From assembly GCF_057098645.1 (NCBI RefSeq), contig NZ_CM169472.1: a DNA stretch of 64,000 bases. One strand, written 5' to 3'. Shown here in pieces: positions 1-14,940 of this stretch (position 1 is the stretch's first letter; every line of letters begins with the position of its first letter). Below the pieces are notes generated by a model. It was given only the letters and a program-made list of their open reading frames with translations. It did not search any database and was not told where the DNA came from. A program made the translations under genes and the position numbers.

Positions 1-455
1 TAAACTTTAACTCTCCGGGACAGGTGGTTATTGCCGGTCATAAAGAAGCGGTTGAGCGTGCTGGCGCTGCCTGTAAAGCTGCGGGCGCAAAACGCGCTCT
101 GCCGTTACCAGTGAGCGTACCGTCTCACTGTGCGCTGATGAAACCAGCAGCCGACAAACTGGCAGTAGAATTAGCGAAAATCACCTTTAACGCACCAACA
201 GTTCCTGTTGTGAATAACGTTGATGTGAAATGCGAAACCAATGGTGATGCCATTCGTGACGCACTGGTACGTCAGTTGTATAACCCGGTTCAGTGGACGA
301 AGTCTGTTGAGTACATGGCAGCGCAAGGCGTAGAACATCTCTATGAAGTCGGCCCGGGCAAAGTGCTTACTGGCCTGACGAAACGCATTGTCGACACCCT
401 GACCGCCTCGGCGCTGAACGAACCTTCAGCGATGGCAGCGGCGCTCGAGCTTTAA
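1..455 (+). CDS. fabD: malonyl-CoA-ACP transacylase, 3' part (gene starts upstream of window)
   Basis: Open frame running in from the window edge to a stop at 453-455; translation matches FabD C-terminus as recalled; followed by fabG-acpP-fabF in canonical order. Confidence 0.9.
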   Translation, partial: NFNSPGQVVIAGHKEAVERAGAACKAAGAKRALPLPVSVPSHCALMKPAADKLAVELAKITFNAPTVPVVNNVDVKCETNGDAIRDALVRQLYNPVQWTKSVEYMAAQGVEHLYEVGPGKVLTGLTKRIVDTLTASALNEPSAMAAALEL

Positions 456-467
456 AAGAGGAAAATC

Positions 468-1202
468 ATGAATTTTGAAGGAAAAATCGCACTGGTAACC
501 GGTGCAAGCCGCGGAATTGGCCGCGCAATTGCTGAAACGCTCGCAGCCCGTGGCGCGAAAGTTATTGGCACTGCGACCAGTGAAAATGGCGCTCAGGCGA
601 TCAGTGATTATTTAGGTGCTAACGGCAAAGGTCTGATGTTGAATGTGACCGACCCGGCATCTATCGAATCTGTTCTGGAAAAAATTCGCGCAGAATTTGG
701 TGAAGTGGATATCCTGGTCAATAATGCCGGTATCACTCGTGATAACCTGTTAATGCGAATGAAAGATGAAGAGTGGAACGATATTATCGAAACCAACCTT
801 TCATCTGTTTTCCGTCTGTCAAAAGCGGTAATGCGCGCTATGATGAAAAAGCGTCATGGTCGTATTATCACTATCGGTTCTGTGGTTGGTACCATGGGAA
901 ATGGCGGTCAGGCCAACTACGCTGCGGCGAAAGCGGGCTTGATCGGCTTCAGTAAATCACTGGCGCGCGAAGTTGCGTCACGCGGTATTACTGTAAACGT
1001 TGTTGCTCCGGGCTTTATTGAAACGGACATGACACGTGCGCTGAGCGATGACCAGCGTGCGGGTATCCTGGCGCAGGTTCCTGCGGGTCGCCTCGGCGGC
1101 GCACAGGAAATCGCCAACGCGGTTGCATTCCTGGCATCCGACGAAGCAGCTTACATCACGGGTGAAACTTTGCATGTGAACGGCGGGATGTACATGGTCT
1201 GA
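468..1202 (+). CDS. fabG: 3-oxoacyl-ACP reductase
   Basis: 244-aa ORF with short-chain dehydrogenase glycine-rich motif TGASRGIGRAIA; position between fabD and acpP. Confidence 0.95.
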   Translation: MNFEGKIALVTGASRGIGRAIAETLAARGAKVIGTATSENGAQAISDYLGANGKGLMLNVTDPASIESVLEKIRAEFGEVDILVNNAGITRDNLLMRMKDEEWNDIIETNLSSVFRLSKAVMRAMMKKRHGRIITIGSVVGTMGNGGQANYAAAKAGLIGFSKSLAREVASRGITVNVVAPGFIETDMTRALSDDQRAGILAQVPAGRLGGAQEIANAVAFLASDEAAYITGETLHVNGGMYMV

Positions 1203-1412
1203 CCGCGATTTGCACAAAATGCTCATGTTGCGCGCAGTCTGCGTGGTTATGAGTAATAATTAGTGCAAAATGATTTGCGTTATTGGGGGGTAAGGCCTCA
1301 AAATAACGTAAAATCGTGGTAAGACTTGCCGGGATTTAGTTGCAAATTTTTCAACATTTTATACACTACGAAAACCATCGCGAAAGCGAGTTTTGATAGG
1401 AAATTTAAGAGT

Positions 1413-1649
1413 ATGAGCACTATCGAAGAACGCGTTAAGAAAATTATCGGCGAACAGCTGGGCGTTAAGCAGGAAGAAGTTACTAACAATGCTTCTTTCG
1501 TTGAAGACCTGGGCGCGGATTCTCTTGACACCGTTGAGCTGGTAATGGCTCTGGAAGAAGAGTTTGATACTGAGATTCCGGACGAAGAAGCTGAGAAAAT
1601 CACCACCGTTCAGGCTGCCATTGATTACATCAACGGCCACCAGGCGTAA
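1413..1649 (+). CDS. acpP: acyl carrier protein
   Basis: 78-aa product [10 protein letters not shown]...[12 protein letters not shown] with the phosphopantetheine-attachment DSLD motif; ATG at 1413. Confidence 0.95.
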
Positions 1650-1660
1650 GTGAACATCTC

Positions 1661-1695
1661 CAGGCGGTCGTTCGACCGCCTGAGTTTTATCTTTT
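1661..1695 (+). terminator. hairpin plus T-run downstream of acpP
   Basis: Inverted repeat caggcggtcg/cgaccgcctg followed by T-rich tract. Confidence 0.45.
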
Positions 1696-1706
1696 TGTCC
1701 CACTAG

Positions 1707-2978
<1,272 letters not shown>

Positions 2979-3002
2979 GTTGTCATTTTCCACCCATATA
3001 AA

Positions 3003-3026
3003 AGGTCCGCTTGCGGGCCTTTTTTC
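3003..3026 (+). terminator. rho-independent terminator after fabF
   Basis: ggtccgcttgcgggcc hairpin followed by TTTTTT. Confidence 0.5.
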
Positions 3027-3097
3027 TTAGCTTTTATTCCGACTTGTTCCGTAGTGAACATGCTGCCACACTAACAATTCTCTGATAAGGAGCCGGT

Positions 3098-3907
3098 ATG
3101 TTCTTAATTAACGGTTATAAGCAGGAATCGCTGGCAGTAAGCGATCGGGCAACGCAGTTTGGTGATGGTTGTTTTACCACCGCCAGAGTTATCGACGGTA
3201 AAGTCAGTTTGTTATCGGCGCATATCCAGCGACTACAGGATGCTTGTCAGCGGTTGATGATTTCCTGTGACTTCTGGCCTCAACTTGAACAAGAGATGAA
3301 AACGCTGGCAGCAGAACAGCAAAATGGTGTACTGAAAGTCGTGATCAGTCGCGGTAGTGGCGGGCGAGGGTACAGCACATTGAACAGTGGACCGGCAACG
3401 CGGATTCTCTCCGTTACGGCTTATCCTGCACATTACGACCGTTTGCGTAACGAAGGGATGACGTTGGCGCTAAGCCCGGTGCGGCTGGGGCGCAATCCTC
3501 ATCTTGCAGGTATTAAACATCTTAATCGGCTTGAGCAAGTATTGATTCGCTCTCATCTTGAGCAGACAAACGCTGATGAGGCGCTGGTCCTTGACAGCGA
3601 AGGGTGGGTTACGGAATGCTGTGCGGCTAATTTGTTCTGGCGGAAGGGCAACGTAGTTTATACGCCGCGACTGGATCAGGCAGGTGTTAACGGCATTATG
3701 CGACAATTCTGTATCCGTTTGCTGGCACAATCCTCTTATCAGCTTGTCGAAGTGCAAGCCTCTCTGGAAGAGGCGTTGCAGGCAGATGAGATGGTTATTT
3801 GTAATGCGTTAATGCCAGTGATGCCCGTACGTGCCTGTGGCGATGTCTCCTTTTCGTCAGCAACGTTATATGAATATTTAGCCCCACTTTGTGAGCGCCC
3901 GAATTAG
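3098..3907 (+). CDS. pabC: aminodeoxychorismate lyase
   Basis: 269-aa ORF matching PabC as recalled; conserved position after fabF. Confidence 0.9.
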   Translation: MFLINGYKQESLAVSDRATQFGDGCFTTARVIDGKVSLLSAHIQRLQDACQRLMISCDFWPQLEQEMKTLAAEQQNGVLKVVISRGSGGRGYSTLNSGPATRILSVTAYPAHYDRLRNEGMTLALSPVRLGRNPHLAGIKHLNRLEQVLIRSHLEQTNADEALVLDSEGWVTECCAANLFWRKGNVVYTPRLDQAGVNGIMRQFCIRLLAQSSYQLVEVQASLEEALQADEMVICNALMPVMPVRACGDVSFSSATLYEYLAPLCERPN

Positions 3908-3909
3908 TC

Positions 3910-4932
3910 ATGAAAAAAGTGTTATTGATAATCTTGTTATTGCTGGTGGTACTGGGTATCGCCGCTGGTGTGGGCATCTGGAAGGTTCGCCATCTTGCCG
4001 ACAGCAAATTGCTTATCAAAGAAGAGACGATATTTACCCTGAAGCCAGGGACCGGACGTCTGGCGCTAGGTGAACAGCTTTATGCCGATAAGATCATCAA
4101 TCGCCCACGGGTTTTTCAATGGTTGCTGCGTATCGAACCGGATCTTTCTCACTTTAAAGCCGGGACTTACCGCTTTACACCGCAGATGACCGTGCGCGAG
4201 ATGCTGAAATTGTTGGAAAGCGGTAAAGAAGCACAGTTCCCGCTGCGACTGGTAGAAGGGATGCGTCTGAGCGACTACCTCAAGCAATTGCGTGAGGCTC
4301 CGTATATCAAGCACACGCTGAGCGACGATAAGTACGCCACCGTAGCGCAGGCACTTGAACTGGAAAACCCGGAGTGGATTGAAGGTTGGTTCTGGCCAGA
4401 CACCTGGATGTATACCGCCAATACCACCGATGTCGCGTTACTCAAGCGAGCGCACAAGAAAATGGTGAAAGCGGTCGATAGCGCCTGGGAAGGGCGTGCG
4501 GACGGTCTGCCTTATAAAGATAAAAATCAGCTGGTGACGATGGCATCAATTATCGAAAAAGAAACCGCCGTTGCCAGTGAACGCGATCAGGTTGCCTCGG
4601 TATTTATCAACCGTTTACGCATTGGTATGCGCCTGCAGACCGACCCAACCGTGATTTACGGGATGGGAGAGCGTTATAATGGCAAACTTTCTCGTGCAGA
4701 CCTGGAAACGCCGACAGCGTATAACACCTATACCATTACCGGTTTGCCGCCGGGTGCGATAGCGACGCCGGGGGCGGATTCGCTGAAGGCTGCTGCGCAT
4801 CCGGCAAAAACGCCGTATCTCTATTTTGTGGCCGATGGTAAAGGTGGTCACACGTTTAATACCAATCTTGCAAGTCATAACAAGTCTGTGCAGGATTATC
4901 TGAAAGTGCTTAAGGAAAAAAATGCGCAGTAA
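3910..4932 (+). CDS. mltG: endolytic murein transglycosylase (YceG family)
   Basis: 340-aa ORF with N-terminal membrane anchor; YceG-like; conserved synteny. Confidence 0.9.
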
Positions 4933-5563
4933 GTATATCGTCATTGAGGGGTTGGAAGGCGCAGGCAAAACTACCGCGCGTAACGTGGTGGTTGAGACGC
5001 TCGAGCAACTGGGTATCCGCGACATGGTTTTCACTCGGGAACCTGGCGGTACGCAACTTGCCGAAAAGTTAAGAAGCCTGGTGCTGGATATCAAATCGGT
5101 AGGCGATGAAGTCATTACCGATAAAGCCGAAGTTCTGATGTTTTATGCCGCGCGCGTTCAACTGGTAGAAACGGTCATCAAACCTGCGCTGGCTAACGGC
5201 ACCTGGGTGATTGGCGATCGCCACGATCTCTCCACTCAGGCGTATCAGGGCGGCGGACGTGGTATTGACCAACATATGCTGGCAACACTGCGTGATGCTG
5301 TTCTCGGGGATTTTCGCCCCGACTTAACGCTCTATCTCGATGTTACCCCGGAAGTTGGCTTAAAACGCGCGCGTGCGCGCGGCGAGCTGGATCGTATTGA
5401 GCAAGAGTCTTTCGATTTTTTTAATCGCACCCGCGCCCGCTATCTGGAACTGGCTGCACAAGATAAAAGTATTCATACCATTGATGCCACCCAGCCGCTG
5501 GAGGCCGTGATGGATGCAATCCGCACTACCGTGACCCACTGGGTGAAGGAGTTGGACGCATGA
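4922..5563 (+). CDS. tmk: thymidylate kinase
   Basis: 213-aa ORF with P-loop GLEGAGKTT; overlaps mltG stop. Confidence 0.95.
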
Positions 5564-6564
5564 GATGGTATCCATGGTTACGACCTGATTTCGAAAAACT
5601 GGTAGCCAGCTATCAGGCCGGAAGAGGTCACCATGCGCTACTCATTCAGGCGTTACCGGGCATGGGCGATGATGCTTTAATCTACGCCCTGAGCCGTTAT
5701 TTACTCTGCCAACAACCGCAGGGCCACAAAAGTTGCGGTCACTGTCGTGGATGTCAGTTGATGCAGGCTGGCACGCATCCCGATTACTACACCCTGGCTC
5801 CCGAAAAAGGGAAAAATACGCTGGGCATTGATGCGGTACGTGAGGTCACCGAAAAGCTGAATGAGCACGCACGCTTAGGTGGTGCGAAAGTTGTCTGGGT
5901 AACCGATGCTGCCTTACTGACCGACGCCGCGGCTAACGCATTGCTGAAAACGCTTGAAGAGCCACCAGCAGAAACCTGGTTTTTCCTGGCTACCCGCGAG
6001 CCTGAACGTTTACTGGCAACATTACGTAGTCGTTGTCGGTTACATTACCTTGCGCCGCCGCCGGAACAGTACGCCGTGACCTGGCTTTCACGCGAAGTGA
6101 CAATGTCACAGGATGCACTACTTGCCGCATTGCGCTTAAGCGCCGGCTCGCCTGGCGCGGCACTGGCGTTGTTTCAGGGAGATAACTGGCAGGCTCGTGA
6201 AACATTGTGTCAGGCGTTGGCATATAGCGTGCCATCGGGCGACTGGTATTCGCTGCTGGCGGCCCTTAATCATGAACAAGCTCCGGCGCGTTTGCACTGG
6301 CTGGCAACGTTGCTGATGGATGCGCTAAAACGCCATCATGGTGCTGCGCAGGTGACCAATGTTGATGTGCCGGGCCTGGTCGCCGAACTGGCAAACCATC
6401 TTTCTCCCTTGCGCCTGCAGGCTATACTGGGGGATGTTTGCCACATTCGTGAACAGTTAATGTCTGTCACAGGCATCAACCGCGAGCTTCTCATCACCGA
6501 TCTTTTACTGCGTATTGAGCATTACCTGCAACCGGGCGTTGTGCTACCGGTTCCTCATCTTTAA
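5560..6564 (+). CDS. holB: DNA polymerase III delta-prime subunit
   Basis: 334-aa ORF starting [14 protein letters not shown] with zinc-module cysteines CGHCRGC; overlaps tmk stop. Confidence 0.95.
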
Positions 6565-6574
6565 GAGAGACATC

Positions 6575-7372
6575 ATGTTTTTAGTCGACTCACACTGCCA
6601 TCTCGATGGTCTGGATTATGAATCTTTGCATAAGGACGTGGATGACGTTCTGGCGAAAGCCGCCGCACGCGATGTGAAATTTTGTCTGGCAGTCGCCACA
6701 ACATTACCGGGTTATTTACACATGCGGCATCTGGTAGGCGAACGTGACAACGTCGTATTTTCTTGTGGCGTGCATCCACTCAACCAGAATGATCCCTACG
6801 ATGTAGAAGATTTACGCCGTCTGGCGGCAGAAGAGGGTGTTGTAGCGCTGGGTGAAACCGGGCTGGATTATTATTACACACCGGAAACTAAAGTACGTCA
6901 GCAAGAGTCCTTCATCCATCATATCCAGATTGGTCGTGAACTGAACAAGCCGGTTATCGTCCATACCCGTGACGCCCGCGCCGATACGCTGGCAATTCTG
7001 CGCGAAGAAAAAGTGACGGATTGCGGTGGCGTACTACACTGTTTTACAGAGGACAGAGAAACGGCGGGCAAATTACTGGATCTCGGATTTTACATCTCCT
7101 TTTCCGGCATTGTGACCTTCCGTAATGCGGAGCAACTGCGCGATGCTGCGCGTTATGTCCCCCTGGATCGGTTACTGGTGGAAACTGACTCACCTTACCT
7201 TGCGCCGGTGCCGCATCGAGGAAAAGAGAATCAACCTGCGATGGTTCGTGACGTTGCAGAATACATGGCTGTGTTGAAAGGTGTTGCCGTTGAAGAACTG
7301 GCGCAGGTAACCACCGATAACTTCGCCCGTCTGTTTCACATCGACGCTTCCCGCCTTCAATCCATCCGTTGA
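6575..7372 (+). CDS. ycfH: TatD-family metal-dependent DNase
   Basis: ATG at 6575 gives MFLVDSHCHLD (TatD signature); the six-frame ORF begins 20 codons upstream with no better start. Confidence 0.9.
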   Translation: MFLVDSHCHLDGLDYESLHKDVDDVLAKAAARDVKFCLAVATTLPGYLHMRHLVGERDNVVFSCGVHPLNQNDPYDVEDLRRLAAEEGVVALGETGLDYYYTPETKVRQQESFIHHIQIGRELNKPVIVHTRDARADTLAILREEKVTDCGGVLHCFTEDRETAGKLLDLGFYISFSGIVTFRNAEQLRDAARYVPLDRLLVETDSPYLAPVPHRGKENQPAMVRDVAEYMAVLKGVAVEELAQVTTDNFARLFHIDASRLQSIR

Positions 7373-7666
7373 ATGAGTTTTTTTAAAGCTCGTAATTAAT
7401 GGCTAAAACGAGTAAAGTTCACCGCCGAAAATTGGGCGGTGAATAACCACGTTTGAAATATTGTGACATATGTTTTGTCAAAATGTGCAACTTCTCCAAT
7501 GATCTGAAGTTGAAACGTGATAGCCGTCAAACAAATTGGCACTGAATTATTTTACTCTGTGTAATAAATAAAGGGCGCTTAGATGCCCTGTACACGGCGA
7601 GGCTCTCCCCCCTTGCCACGCGTGAGAACGTAAAAAAAGCACCCATACTCAGGAGCACTCTCAATT

Positions 7667-9100
7667 ATGTTTAAGAATGCATTTGCTAACCTGCAAAAGG
7701 TCGGTAAATCGCTGATGCTGCCGGTATCCGTACTGCCTATCGCAGGTATTCTGCTGGGCGTCGGTTCCGCGAATTTCAGCTGGCTGCCCGCCGTTGTATC
7801 GCATGTTATGGCAGAAGCAGGCGGTTCCGTCTTTGCAAACATGCCACTGATTTTTGCGATCGGTGTCGCCCTCGGCTTTACCAATAACGATGGCGTATCC
7901 GCGCTGGCCGCAGTTGTTGCCTATGGCATCATGGTTAAAACCATGGCCGTGGTTGCGCCACTGGTACTGCATTTACCTGCTGAAGAAATCGCCTCTAAAC
8001 ACCTGGCGGATACTGGCGTACTCGGAGGGATTATCTCCGGTGCGATCGCAGCGTACATGTTTAACCGTTTCTACCGTATTAAGCTGCCTGAGTATCTTGG
8101 CTTCTTTGCCGGTAAACGCTTTGTGCCGATCATTTCTGGCCTGGCTGCCATCTTTACTGGCGTTGTGCTGTCCTTCATTTGGCCGCCGATTGGTTCTGCA
8201 ATCCAGACCTTCTCTCAGTGGGCTGCTTACCAGAACCCGGTAGTTGCGTTTGGCATTTACGGTTTCATCGAACGTTGCCTGGTACCGTTTGGTCTGCACC
8301 ACATCTGGAACGTACCTTTCCAGATGCAGATTGGTGAATACACCAACGCAGCAGGTCAGGTTTTCCACGGCGACATTCCGCGTTATATGGCGGGTGACCC
8401 GACTGCGGGTAAACTGTCTGGTGGCTTCCTGTTCAAAATGTACGGTCTGCCAGCTGCCGCAATTGCTATCTGGCACTCTGCTAAACCAGAAAACCGCGCG
8501 AAAGTGGGCGGTATTATGATCTCCGCGGCGCTGACCTCGTTCCTGACCGGTATCACCGAGCCGATCGAGTTCTCCTTCATGTTCGTTGCGCCGATCCTGT
8601 ACATCATCCACGCGATTCTGGCAGGCCTGGCATTCCCAATCTGTATTCTTCTGGGGATGCGTGACGGTACGTCGTTCTCGCACGGTCTGATCGACTTCAT
8701 TGTTCTGTCTGGTAACAGCAGCAAACTGTGGTTGTTCCCGATCGTCGGTATCGGTTATGCGATTGTTTACTACACCATCTTCCGCGTGCTGATTAAAGCA
8801 CTGGATCTGAAAACGCCGGGTCGTGAAGATGCGACTGAAGATGCAAAAGCAACAGGTACCAGCGAAATGGCACCGGCTCTGGTTGCTGCATTTGGTGGTA
8901 AAGAAAACATTACTAACCTCGACGCATGTATTACCCGTCTGCGCGTCAGCGTTGCTGATGTGTCTAAAGTGGATCAGGCTGGCCTGAAGAAACTGGGCGC
9001 AGCGGGCGTAGTGGTTGCTGGTTCTGGTGTTCAGGCGATTTTCGGTACTAAATCCGATAACCTGAAAACCGAGATGGATGAGTACATCCGTAACCACTAA
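7667..9100 (+). CDS. ptsG: PTS glucose-specific EIICB component
   Basis: 477-aa ORF with multi-pass membrane N-domain and C-terminal EIIB region containing [10 protein letters not shown]. Confidence 0.95.
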
Positions 9101-9124
9101 TCTGTAAGACGTTGGGGAGACTAA

Positions 9125-9148
9125 GGCAGCCAGATGGCTGCCTTTTTT
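9125..9148. terminator. bidirectional hairpin between convergent ptsG and fhuE
   Basis: ggcagccagatggctgcc perfect inverted repeat flanked by T-run. Confidence 0.5.
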
Positions 9149-9159
9149 ACAGGTGTTAT

Positions 9160-11349
9160 TCAGAATTGATACGTGCCGGTAATGCTGAAATTACGCGGTG
9201 CGCCGTAGACGATAGAACCTTCCACGTTGGTATCGTAGGTTTTGTCGAACAGATTATTGACGTTCCCCTGTAACGAGAAGTTTTTCGTCACCTGGTAGCG
9301 GGTGAAGAGATCCACCAGCGCGTAGCTACCTTGCTCGGCGCGGAAGGTGCCATACGGTGTCACGGTGTCGGTATACACGCGATTTTGCCAGTTAACACCA
9401 CCGCCGACTGTCAACTCTGGCATGACAGGCAACCGATAGCTGGTGAACATTTTAACCGTGGTGCGTGGCAGATTAGGATTAACGGCGTTTCCTTCGTTAT
9501 CCTCTGCAATATAGCGCGTTGCGCCAAATGTCAGCTGCCAGTTGTCGGTAATTGCGCCGTTGAGTTCAAATTCCACCCCTTTACTGACTGTCCCATCCAC
9601 CGCTTTATAGGCGGTTTCGCCGTTGCTGCCGGGGATAGGTGTACCGGTGGACTGAGCGACATTATCCTGCTCAATACGGAAGATGGCTAACGTGGTGGTC
9701 AGACGGCTATTCATCCAGTCCGATTTCAGACCCAGCTCGTAGTTGTTACCGGTGATTGGAGCCAGATATTTGCCTGAACTGTCACGATCATTTTGCGGCT
9801 GGAAAATAGAGGTATAGCTGGCGTAGGTCGACCAGTTGTCATTGATGTCAAACACCAGACCAGCGTAAGGCGTGGTGTGGTTTTTCTCCATGCTGTAAGT
9901 CAGCGTATCAACCCGCCAGTTGGTATAACGTGCGCCGAGGATCAGATGCAGCGGATCGGCAAGGGTGACACGAGTGGCAGCATATAACGATTTCATATGT
10001 GTGGTATCGTCCTGCGCCAGGCTCTGTGGTGACCAGTCGGTTTGTGGGAAATTGCCATTAAAGTTGTAGAAACTGCCAATTTCATCCGGGAAGATGTTGG
10101 CCCATGAACTGAAGTAACGATTGTTTTGTTTGCTGTAACTGCCACCAAACATTAGATTGTGCTGACGACCAAACAATTCATAACTACCGTCAGCGAACAA
10201 ATCCAGCGCATCAACTTTACGTTTGCCACTGTTCCAACCGGTGCCGCCGACATAATCAAAGCCAGGTCCATAATTACTGTATGGCCCAACCAGCATACCA
10301 TCCGCTTTGTTTACATAGGCATCGACATACATCATTTTGCTGTCAAATTCGACTTCAGAGTGGGTGGCATTCAGTGTCGCTTGCCAGGTATCAGCAAACC
10401 GCTGCTTCAGGGTCATAAAGACCTTGTTGATCTCTTTATCGTTGTACGCCCAGTCAGGTGCGGTACTGCGTGCGCGATCGTAACTGTTGCTGCTGCCATC
10501 AGTATTCCAGCGCGGTAAACCGCCCCAGGTTGGGCTATTAACATCAATGCGCTGATATTCGTAACCGGCTGAAAGCGTCGTAAGATCGCCTAAATCAGCA
10601 TCGACAATGCCGGAGAAGAAGGTCTTTTCACTATTGTAGCGGTCCAGCCATGAGTCGTTATTCTGGTAGCCGCCGACAATTCGCGCGCGGATTTTACCGT
10701 CTTCGGTGAGTGGGCTTTGTAAATCCGCCACATACCGTTCTTTGTTCCAGCTACCGTATTCCGCCGAGACATCGCCTTTAAATTCACGACTGGTCGCGTG
10801 TTTTCGAACCATATTAATTGCCGCAGATGGATTACCCGTCCCGGTCATGAGTCCTGTCGCGCCACGCACTACTTCTACGCGTTCAAACAGTGCCATATCA
10901 GAAAGTGCGTCGCCCAGATTCCAGCGCGATTCAAAATAGGTGGGGATACCATCAACCATATAGTTATCGATCTGGAATCCGCGGGAATAATAAAGAGCAC
11001 GATCGGAATCCGCCTGACTTTTGCTGATCCCCAGCGTGTTTTCCATCACTTCGCCCAGCGTTTGTAACTGCTGATCTTCCATCCGCTGCTGGCTAACAAT
11101 AGTGACCGACTGAGGAATATCACGTTGAGTCATCTGCATTTTGGTACCCGCAGAGGTAGACGTTACGCTGTAATCATTTTCGCCATCATCTGGAGCTGTG
11201 GCTGAACCCTCAACAATCACCGTTTCTTCAGTGGCTGGTGCAGCAAAAGCGGCAGAAGGTAATAGTGCCAATGCTATGCAACCGGCAAGTAGTGACGGTT
11301 TGGTGATGGCTTGATATTGATTATCCCTGTTAAATTGTGTTGAAAGCAT
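9160..11349 (-). CDS. fhuE: TonB-dependent ferric-siderophore outer-membrane receptor
   Basis: 729-aa ORF with signal peptide, TonB-box-like N-terminus and C-terminal aromatic residue typical of beta-barrel receptors. Confidence 0.95.
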   Translation of the reverse strand: MLSTQFNRDNQYQAITKPSLLAGCIALALLPSAAFAAPATEETVIVEGSATAPDDGENDYSVTSTSAGTKMQMTQRDIPQSVTIVSQQRMEDQQLQTLGEVMENTLGISKSQADSDRALYYSRGFQIDNYMVDGIPTYFESRWNLGDALSDMALFERVEVVRGATGLMTGTGNPSAAINMVRKHATSREFKGDVSAEYGSWNKERYVADLQSPLTEDGKIRARIVGGYQNNDSWLDRYNSEKTFFSGIVDADLGDLTTLSAGYEYQRIDVNSPTWGGLPRWNTDGSSNSYDRARSTAPDWAYNDKEINKVFMTLKQRFADTWQATLNATHSEVEFDSKMMYVDAYVNKADGMLVGPYSNYGPGFDYVGGTGWNSGKRKVDALDLFADGSYELFGRQHNLMFGGSYSKQNNRYFSSWANIFPDEIGSFYNFNGNFPQTDWSPQSLAQDDTTHMKSLYAATRVTLADPLHLILGARYTNWRVDTLTYSMEKNHTTPYAGLVFDINDNWSTYASYTSIFQPQNDRDSSGKYLAPITGNNYELGLKSDWMNSRLTTTLAIFRIEQDNVAQSTGTPIPGSNGETAYKAVDGTVSKGVEFELNGAITDNWQLTFGATRYIAEDNEGNAVNPNLPRTTVKMFTSYRLPVMPELTVGGGVNWQNRVYTDTVTPYGTFRAEQGSYALVDLFTRYQVTKNFSLQGNVNNLFDKTYDTNVEGSIVYGAPRNFSITGTYQF

Positions 11350-11682
11350 TTGAAATCTCTTGGTTTATGTTGTCGTCAGGCTCATGCCGGAGGAGGGTGA
11401 TGAGCGGTTATATTTAGTGTGCGAATAATTTTGTATGTAAATGCAAATGAGAAATATACGCATTCATATTTGATGTGTAAACCAAACAGAGAATGTCTTT
11501 TCAGCGCATTCGCAGGCAGAAATGGGAATAATGGCGATATATACGGCAGCAAAACGATTTTTTGCTTAAGAAATCGTGAGTTAAGGTTGAAAGAGCAGGT
11601 TTAACTCGACCATACTCTATACTCGCAGTGTGGCGCGGCGTAGCATGGCGCAACGCATGGCTATTTGAAAAAGGAAAATGTC

Positions 11683-12042
11683 GTGGCAGAAGAAACTATA
11701 TTCAGCAAAATTATTCGTCGTGAGATCCCCTCCGATATCGTCTACCAGGATGATCTGGTAACGGCGTTTCGCGATATTTCGCCGCAAGCGCCAACGCATA
11801 TTCTGATCATTCCGAATATCCTCATTCCGACTGTGAACGACGTCTCAGCTGAGCATGAGCAGGCGCTGGGACGCATGATCACCGTAGCGGCAAAAATTGC
11901 TGAGCAAGAAGGTATTGCCGAAGATGGCTATCGTCTGATCATGAACACCAACCGTCATGGCGGACAAGAGGTTTACCACATCCATATGCACTTGTTGGGT
12001 GGTCGTCCGCTGGGACCAATGCTGGCGCATAAAGGTCTGTAA
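11683..12042 (+). CDS. hinT: HIT-family purine nucleoside phosphoramidase
   Basis: GTG at 11683 gives [17 protein letters not shown]...HIHMHLLGG (histidine triad); the six-frame ORF starts at an upstream TTG. Confidence 0.9.
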   Translation: MAEETIFSKIIRREIPSDIVYQDDLVTAFRDISPQAPTHILIIPNILIPTVNDVSAEHEQALGRMITVAAKIAEQEGIAEDGYRLIMNTNRHGGQEVYHIHMHLLGGRPLGPMLAHKGL

Positions 12043-12044
12043 CG

Positions 12045-12422
12045 ATGAGAAAAGGATGCTTTGGGCTGATGTCTCTGGCGTTGTTACTGCTGGTGGGCTG
12101 TCGTTCACATCCGGAAATTCCGGTGAATGATGAGCAATCGCTGGTGATGGAGTCATCTTTATTGGCTGCGGGCATCAGTGCAGAAAAGCCCGTCCTTTCG
12201 ACGTCTGATATTCAACCTTCAGCATCCTCAACGCTTTATAACGAAAGGCAAGAACCCGTTACCGTTCATTATCGTTTTTACTGGTATGACGCCAGAGGGC
12301 TGGAGATGCATCCTCTGGAAAGGCCACGCAGCGTTACCATTCCCGCACATTCGGCGGTAACGCTGTACGGCAGCGCCAATTTTCTGGGGGCGCACAAAGT
12401 CAGACTTTATCTATATTTGTAA
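12045..12422 (+). CDS. ycfL: lipoprotein YcfL
   Basis: 125-aa ORF with lipobox LLLLVGC; conserved position. Confidence 0.85.
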   Translation: MRKGCFGLMSLALLLLVGCRSHPEIPVNDEQSLVMESSLLAAGISAEKPVLSTSDIQPSASSTLYNERQEPVTVHYRFYWYDARGLEMHPLERPRSVTIPAHSAVTLYGSANFLGAHKVRLYLYL

Positions 12423-12435
12423 GGGGTGAATCTTG

Positions 12436-13057
12436 ATGACAAAAATGAGTCGCTACGCCTTGATTACCGCGCTGGCGATGTTTCTCGCCGGGTGTGTGGG
12501 GCAACGTGAACCTGCACCGGTAGAAGAAGTGAAACCAGCGCCGGAACAACCAGCCGAGCCACAACAGCCTGTCCCCACAGTGCCCTCGGTGCCGACGATC
12601 CCGCAGCAGCCAGGCCCAATTGAGCACGAAGATCAAACTGCACCGCCTGCGCCGCATATTCGCCATTATGACTGGAATGGCGCAATGCAGCCGATGGTCA
12701 GTAAGATGCTTGGGGCTGACGGGGTGACTGCGGGTAGCGTCCTGCTGGTTGATAGCGTTAACAACCGTACTAACGGTTCGCTGAATGCCGCAGAAGCGAC
12801 CGAAACGCTGCGAAATGCGCTGGCTAATAACGGGAAATTTACCCTGGTTTCCGCCCAGCAGCTGTCGATGGCTAAGCAACAGTTAGGTTTGTCGCCGCAG
12901 GATAGTTTAGGCACCCGTAGTAAAGCCATAGGCATTGCCCGCAATGTCGGCGCTCATTACGTGCTGTACTCCAGCGCCTCTGGCAACGTTAACGCTCCGA
13001 CCCTACAAATGCAGCTGATGCTGGTGCAGACGGGCGAAATTATCTGGTCAGGTAAAG

Positions 13058-13077
<20 letters not shown>
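12436..13077 (+). CDS. lpoB: outer-membrane lipoprotein activator of PBP1B
   Basis: ATG at 12436 gives [20 protein letters not shown] (lipobox) followed by a proline-rich linker. Confidence 0.9.
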
Positions 13078-14918
<1,841 letters not shown>

Positions 14919-14940
14919 CCCTGGCTTATGTGAGGAAGCG

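Noticed and set aside
7973-9097. 374-codon ORF antisense to ptsG
   Set aside because: Lies entirely within ptsG on the opposite strand; product is low-complexity and Arg/Cys-rich; typical shadow ORF of a highly expressed gene.
11350-11660. Fur box upstream of fhuE
   Set aside because: AT-rich promoter with partial matches to the Fur consensus, but I could not pin a convincing 19-bp site by eye.
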